A stretch of 64,000 nucleotides of DNA from an uncultured Gemmiger sp. Lineage in GTDB: Bacteria > Bacillota > Clostridia > Oscillospirales > Ruminococcaceae. Below the pieces are notes generated by a model that was not told where the DNA came from, searched no databases, and was given only the letters and a program-made list of their open reading frames with translations. Positions 59,848 to 64,000 of this stretch are shown here, piece by piece. The stretch's first letter is position 1. Each line of letters opens with the position of its first letter. The stretch covers positions 8,087 through 72,086 of the forward strand of contig CANRCB010000009.1 of NCBI GenBank assembly GCA_947629015.1. Direction: 5' to 3'. The position numbers were made by a program, and so were the translations under genes.

Positions 59848-61827
59848 ATGGAGCTGGCCGCACTGCTGCCGCCGCAGCGCATCGCGCTGGGGCTGCGGGC
59901 CGCCGACCGCGCCGTGGCCGTGCGCGCCCTCGTCGCTTTGGCCGAGGGCAGCGGCGCGGTGACGGATGCCGCCGCCCTCACGGCCGATGTGCTTGCGCGG
60001 GAGGCCGCCGGCCCCACCGATACCGGCGGCGGCATCGCGGTGCCGCACGCCAAAACGGCGGCCGTCAGCGCCCCGGTCATGGCCGCGGCCACCCTGCGGG
60101 ACCCGCTGCCCGGCGCCGACGGCGCCGACGCGGTGCGGGTGCTGTTCCTGATCGCCGTGCCCGCCGGCGAGGCCGATGCCCACGTCCGCATTCTGGCCGA
60201 CCTGGCCGGCCGCCTGATGCAGCCCGGCGTGCCCGGGCGCCTTGCCGCCGCGCAGGACGCGCAGGCGTTTTTGGCGGTTTTGCAGCCCGGCGACGGGGCG
60301 CAGGCCGCTCCCGCGCCGCAGCCCTGCCGCGTGGCGGCGGTCACGGCCTGCCCGGCCGGCATCGCCCACACCTTTATGGCCAAACAGGCGCTGCTGGAGC
60401 AGGCCGATGTGATGGGCATCCCTGTCCGGGTCGAGGCCGACGGCGCCGCCGGCATCGAGGACCCGCTCACCTCCGGGGAGATCGCGGAGGCGGAGTGCAT
60501 CCTCATCGCGGCGGACCGCGCGGTGGAGATGCAGCGCTTTACCGGCAAACCGCTGGTGTATGTGCCGGTGGGGGAGGCCGTGCGCCACCCCGAACAGCTT
60601 TTGCACCGCGCGCTTTCCGGCACCGCGCCGGAATACCAGCCCGCGGCCGCCCGCCCCGCCGGCGGCGACGCCCCGCTCCCTGCGGCGGAGCCCGCCCCGG
60701 CCGCAGCGCCCGGTGCCCGCACGCGCGCCGCGCCGGTGCTGGATCTTGCGCACCGGCTGTACAACCATCTGATGAGCGGCATCACCCGGATGCTGCCCTT
60801 CGTCACCGGCGGCGGCATCCTCATCGCGCTGTCCTTCCTGCTCTCGGGCGGGGTCATCGCCGGGCACGAGCAGGGTTTCCCGGGGCTTTTGTATACGGTG
60901 GGGCAGTACTGTTTTGCCCTGATGTACGTCGTGCTGGCGGGCTTCATCGCCAGCAGCATCGGCGGCGTGCCGGCCTTTGTGCCGGGCGCCATGGGCGGGT
61001 ATTTCGCCTACGCCGGCATCACCTTGGGCGACCCGGCCGCCTGGGTATCGGGTGGGTTCTGGGGCGCGCTCATCGCCGGGTTCAGCGCCGGGGCGCTGCT
61101 CAGGGGCATGACCTGGCTGGGCAACCGCCTGCCCAAAAACCTGGAACAGATCAAGGTCACCCTGCTGTACCCGGCCGTCAGCCTGTTTTTGATGACGGTG
61201 CTGATGGTGCTCATCGTCAACCCGCCGCTGGGGCGGTTCAACCAATGGATCTACGCGGGACTCACCAGCCTGCACGGCGGCAGCCGCCTGGTGCTGTGCG
61301 CGGCGCTGGGCGGGCTGATGGCCATTGATTACGGCGGCCCCGTCAACAAGGCGGCGTACCTGTTCGGCACCGTGGCGCTGATGAACGGCCAGTACGACAT
61401 CATGGCCGCCGTGATGGTCGGCGGTATGACGCCGCCCATCGGCATCGCCGTCGCGTGCCTGCTTTTCCCCGACCGGTTCACCCAGGGGGGGCGCCGCGCC
61501 GCCCCCGGCAACTTTTTGCTGGGCGCCTCGTTCGTAACGGAGGGCGCGTTGCCCTTCGCCCTGCGGGATCCGCTGCGCGTCATCCCCGCCTGCTTTGCGG
61601 GCAGCGTGCTGGCCGGCCTTTTGTGCCAGTGGCTTGGCTGCGGCGTCCCCGCCCCGCACGGCGGGCTGTTCCTGCTGCCGGTGATGACCAACCCCGGCGG
61701 CTTCGTCGCCGCGCTGGCGGCCGGCACGGCGTTGACCGCGCTGCTGCTGCGGCTGCTCAAGCGCCCGCTGTCGGAGCAGGCCGCCGCCACGCCGGAGACG
61801 GTGCTCGTGCGCCGGCAGCTGCCGTAA
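59848..61827 (+). CDS. PTS fructose/mannose-family EIIABC
   Basis: IIA GIAVPHAK, IIB VTACPAGIAHT, IIC DYGGPVNKAAY and APHGG. Confidence 0.9.
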   Translation: MELAALLPPQRIALGLRAADRAVAVRALVALAEGSGAVTDAAALTADVLAREAAGPTDTGGGIAVPHAKTAAVSAPVMAAATLRDPLPGADGADAVRVLFLIAVPAGEADAHVRILADLAGRLMQPGVPGRLAAAQDAQAFLAVLQPGDGAQAAPAPQPCRVAAVTACPAGIAHTFMAKQALLEQADVMGIPVRVEADGAAGIEDPLTSGEIAEAECILIAADRAVEMQRFTGKPLVYVPVGEAVRHPEQLLHRALSGTAPEYQPAAARPAGGDAPLPAAEPAPAAAPGARTRAAPVLDLAHRLYNHLMSGITRMLPFVTGGGILIALSFLLSGGVIAGHEQGFPGLLYTVGQYCFALMYVVLAGFIASSIGGVPAFVPGAMGGYFAYAGITLGDPAAWVSGGFWGALIAGFSAGALLRGMTWLGNRLPKNLEQIKVTLLYPAVSLFLMTVLMVLIVNPPLGRFNQWIYAGLTSLHGGSRLVLCAALGGLMAIDYGGPVNKAAYLFGTVALMNGQYDIMAAVMVGGMTPPIGIAVACLLFPDRFTQGGRRAAPGNFLLGASFVTEGALPFALRDPLRVIPACFAGSVLAGLLCQWLGCGVPAPHGGLFLLPVMTNPGGFVAALAAGTALTALLLRLLKRPLSEQAAATPETVLVRRQLP

Positions 61828-61831
61828 ACAC

Positions 61832-62220
61832 GGTTTTTGCCAAAGCAAATTTTTATCGGCCGATAAAAATTTGTTTTGGCAAAAACGGCCGGAGCGAAGC
61901 GCCGCAAAGCGGCGCGCAGTGAGAGCCGTTCCGAAATGGGCGGCGCGCGTACGCGCGCCATAAATGGGTGCCGGGCAGATGCTTACGCCACGGCGGGGTC
62001 AAGACCCCGCCCTACAATTCGACCGGACACGTCTGCCAAAAACGTAGGGCGGCATGAGGGTATGCCGCCCTAAGGAGAAATGAGAAAACGTATCATTTAC
62101 TCTGTAGGGGCCGATTACAATCGGCCCGCCAATGGCATCTCTTTTCTGGTTTACTTGTAGGGCGGGGTCTTGACCCCGCCGTAAAGCTAAGAGCCGCCCG
62201 AAGGGCGGCTCTTAGCGCGA
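61832..62220. repeat. Cluster of palindromic/REP-like repeats between convergent genes
   Basis: ~55-bp near-perfect palindrome 61833-61887; GTAG hairpins at 61991 (reverse), 62044, 62104 and 62157. Confidence 0.7.
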
Positions 62221-62268
62221 AGATAGGGGGCCGGGGCGAGGGGCCCCGCAAACGGTGCCCGTCCCGCC

Positions 62269-63321
62269 TCAGGCCCACTGTTGCAATTCGGTGCCGGGGA
62301 AGTAGTAGGCAAGGATGTTCTGCCATGTGGCGCCGCCCTCGGCCATGGCGCAGGCGCCGTACTGGCTCAACCCCACGCCGTGGCCGTAGCCGCGCGTGCT
62401 GATGACGAATTTGCCGTCCCGCCAGGCGATGGCAAAGCAGGCGCTGCGCAGGTCCAGCGCCGTGCGCACCTGTGTGCCGGTAAAGGTGTGGCCGCCCAGC
62501 TCGATGCTCTGCACATAGCCGGCGGCGTCCCACACCGTTTTGCCCACCCAATCGGCCGGGGCGCCTTCCGGCGCGGCGCCCAGCCCCGCGGCCAGCGCGT
62601 CATACACCTGCTGGCTGCCGTACTGGATGGTCACCTCATAGTCGGGGGCGCTTTTGTCCCAGCTGGAATCCACCCCTTGCAGGTAGGGCAGGCTCTCCAC
62701 CCACACGTTCTGGCTGGCCTCGGTGTGCCCGGTGCTGATGGCGTGGTAGCACGCCGCGGCGGGCGCGCTGTCATAGGTCAGCACGTCGTACAAAACGCGC
62801 TGCGCCAGCGTGCAAAAGCGGGTGTAGCGGCTCTCAAAATCCTCGCCCCACAGGCTTTGCAGCACCTCCGCCGTGGTCCAGCCGCTGCACAGCGCGCTGT
62901 TCACCGTCAGGTATGCGCCGTCCGCGGTGGTTTCCAGGCCGCGCTGGTACAGCGCATAGCTGTGCGCGGCCACCATCTGGGCCAGCAGTGCGTCGTCCGG
63001 CCAGGTGGGGGGCATCTCGCACGCCGCCGCGCCGACGAGATATTCCTCCAGCGGCACCGTGCGAACCTCGCCGACGGCCTCGTCATACAGGCGGATGGGG
63101 TCCGGCTCCGGCCGCGGCGTGGCGGATGGGGCGGGCAGGGCGGTGGGCGCGGCGGTGGCGGGCACGGCGGGCGTCCCGCCGCCGGCCGCGGGCGGCGCCG
63201 AAACACCGGGCCGCTCGGCTGCGGCGGGCAGCCCGGCCGAAAACACCGGCAGCAGGCACAAAAACGGGGCGGCGGCGGCCAGCGCGCACAGCAGCGCCGC
63301 ACAAAGGACAGTACGTTTCAC
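62269..63321 (-). CDS. spoIID: Stage II sporulation protein D (lytic transglycosylase)
   Basis: LEEYLVG, EMP, YLQGVDS, LRSACF, GYGHGVGLSQYGA, ILAYYFPG. Confidence 0.9.
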   Translation of the reverse strand: MKRTVLCAALLCALAAAAPFLCLLPVFSAGLPAAAERPGVSAPPAAGGGTPAVPATAAPTALPAPSATPRPEPDPIRLYDEAVGEVRTVPLEEYLVGAAACEMPPTWPDDALLAQMVAAHSYALYQRGLETTADGAYLTVNSALCSGWTTAEVLQSLWGEDFESRYTRFCTLAQRVLYDVLTYDSAPAAACYHAISTGHTEASQNVWVESLPYLQGVDSSWDKSAPDYEVTIQYGSQQVYDALAAGLGAAPEGAPADWVGKTVWDAAGYVQSIELGGHTFTGTQVRTALDLRSACFAIAWRDGKFVISTRGYGHGVGLSQYGACAMAEGGATWQNILAYYFPGTELQQWA

Positions 63322-63419
63322 ACAAGGGCCCTCCCTACTTGCAATTTACATCGGCAGCGGGTACAATAAAGGGCAGGGCTTGGCCGCTTTTGGGCCGCGG
63401 CCCCTGCCCCCGTTACCCA

Positions 63420-63448
63420 AATGTATGCGGCGCGGCGGCCGGATATGC
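63420..63448 (-). promoter_or_regulatory. Sigma-E-type promoter of spoIID
   Basis: Minus strand GCATAT-15-CATACATT; spoIID is a known sigma-E target. Confidence 0.55.
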
Positions 63449-63468
63449 CGCCGCGCAGGAGGTTTTTT

Positions 63469-64000
63469 ATGGGAACTTTGCAGCCGGCGCGCCGCGGGCC
63501 ATTCTGGCTGGTGCTGGCGCTGTGCCTGGGCGCAGGCGCGCTGCGCATGGCCGACCTTTTGCTTTGCACCGACCCCGCGACGGGTTTCGTGCTGCGCTGG
63601 CCGGTGCTGGCGCGCTGCCTGGCGCTGGCGGCCGCGGTGGCGCTGCTGCGCCTTGCCGCGCGGTCGGCCGCGGCCGCGCCGGCGGTGCTGGCCCGCCCCG
63701 ACCGCGCTTTGGCGGTGATGCTGCTGGCGGCGGGCGTGCTGTGTGCCGCGTCGGCGGGCACCGCCGTGGAACGCCTGCTGGCCTGGGCAGCCGCGGCAGG
63801 CTTTGCGCTGCTGGCGTGGCAGGCCGGGGCGCGCCCCGCCCGCGGCAGTGCCCTGTGCGGGCTGCTGCCGCTGCCGTGGCTGCTGTGGCTGGCCGCGCAG
63901 CGCGCCATCTTCGCGCCGTCGGCCGTCACCCGGCTGGGCGCCACGCTGTGCGTGGTGAGCGCCGTCGCGGCGCTGGCCTTTTTTGCCGCGCTGCTGCGCC
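63469..64000 (+). CDS. Uncharacterised multi-pass membrane protein (runs off the window end)
   Basis: RBS aggagg, ATG 63469, open hydrophobic frame MGTLQPARRGPFWLVLAL... to the edge; upstream TTGCAA-17-TACAAT. Confidence 0.65.
   Translation, partial: MGTLQPARRGPFWLVLALCLGAGALRMADLLLCTDPATGFVLRWPVLARCLALAAAVALLRLAARSAAAAPAVLARPDRALAVMLLAAGVLCAASAGTAVERLLAWAAAAGFALLAWQAGARPARGSALCGLLPLPWLLWLAAQRAIFAPSAVTRLGATLCVVSAVAALAFFAALLR

Overview
GC-rich chromosomal window from a spore-forming, monoderm Clostridia bacterium (spoIID, sortase motif, Rex site; Oscillospiraceae/Ruminococcaceae-like by inference). Housekeeping and metabolic genes include an L,D-transpeptidase, gdhA, tRNA-Arg(CCG), metY plus an amino-acid ABC transporter, bioY-yqgF-uppS, amt-PII, argF, adhE, a fructose-family PTS and spoIID. 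They surround two accessory blocks. (1) A ~21 kb minus-strand Tad/Flp pilus locus fused with a Ser/Thr kinase, PP2C, FHA and zinc-ribbon signalling module and a sortase-anchored surface protein. Its upstream region is a 188-bp segment bounded by perfect 24-bp inverted repeats; this segment carries a near-consensus sigma-A promoter that currently points away from the locus and sits beside a tyrosine recombinase, so it is a candidate phase-variation switch. (2) A pectinesterase-linked carbohydrate ABC cluster with five unexplained membrane proteins and two ATPases. A 40-codon Cys/Met-ended leader ORF with terminator/antiterminator lies upstream of metY, and several REP-like repeats occur, including an element nested inside other repeats. 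All calls come from reading motifs by eye; no searches were run.
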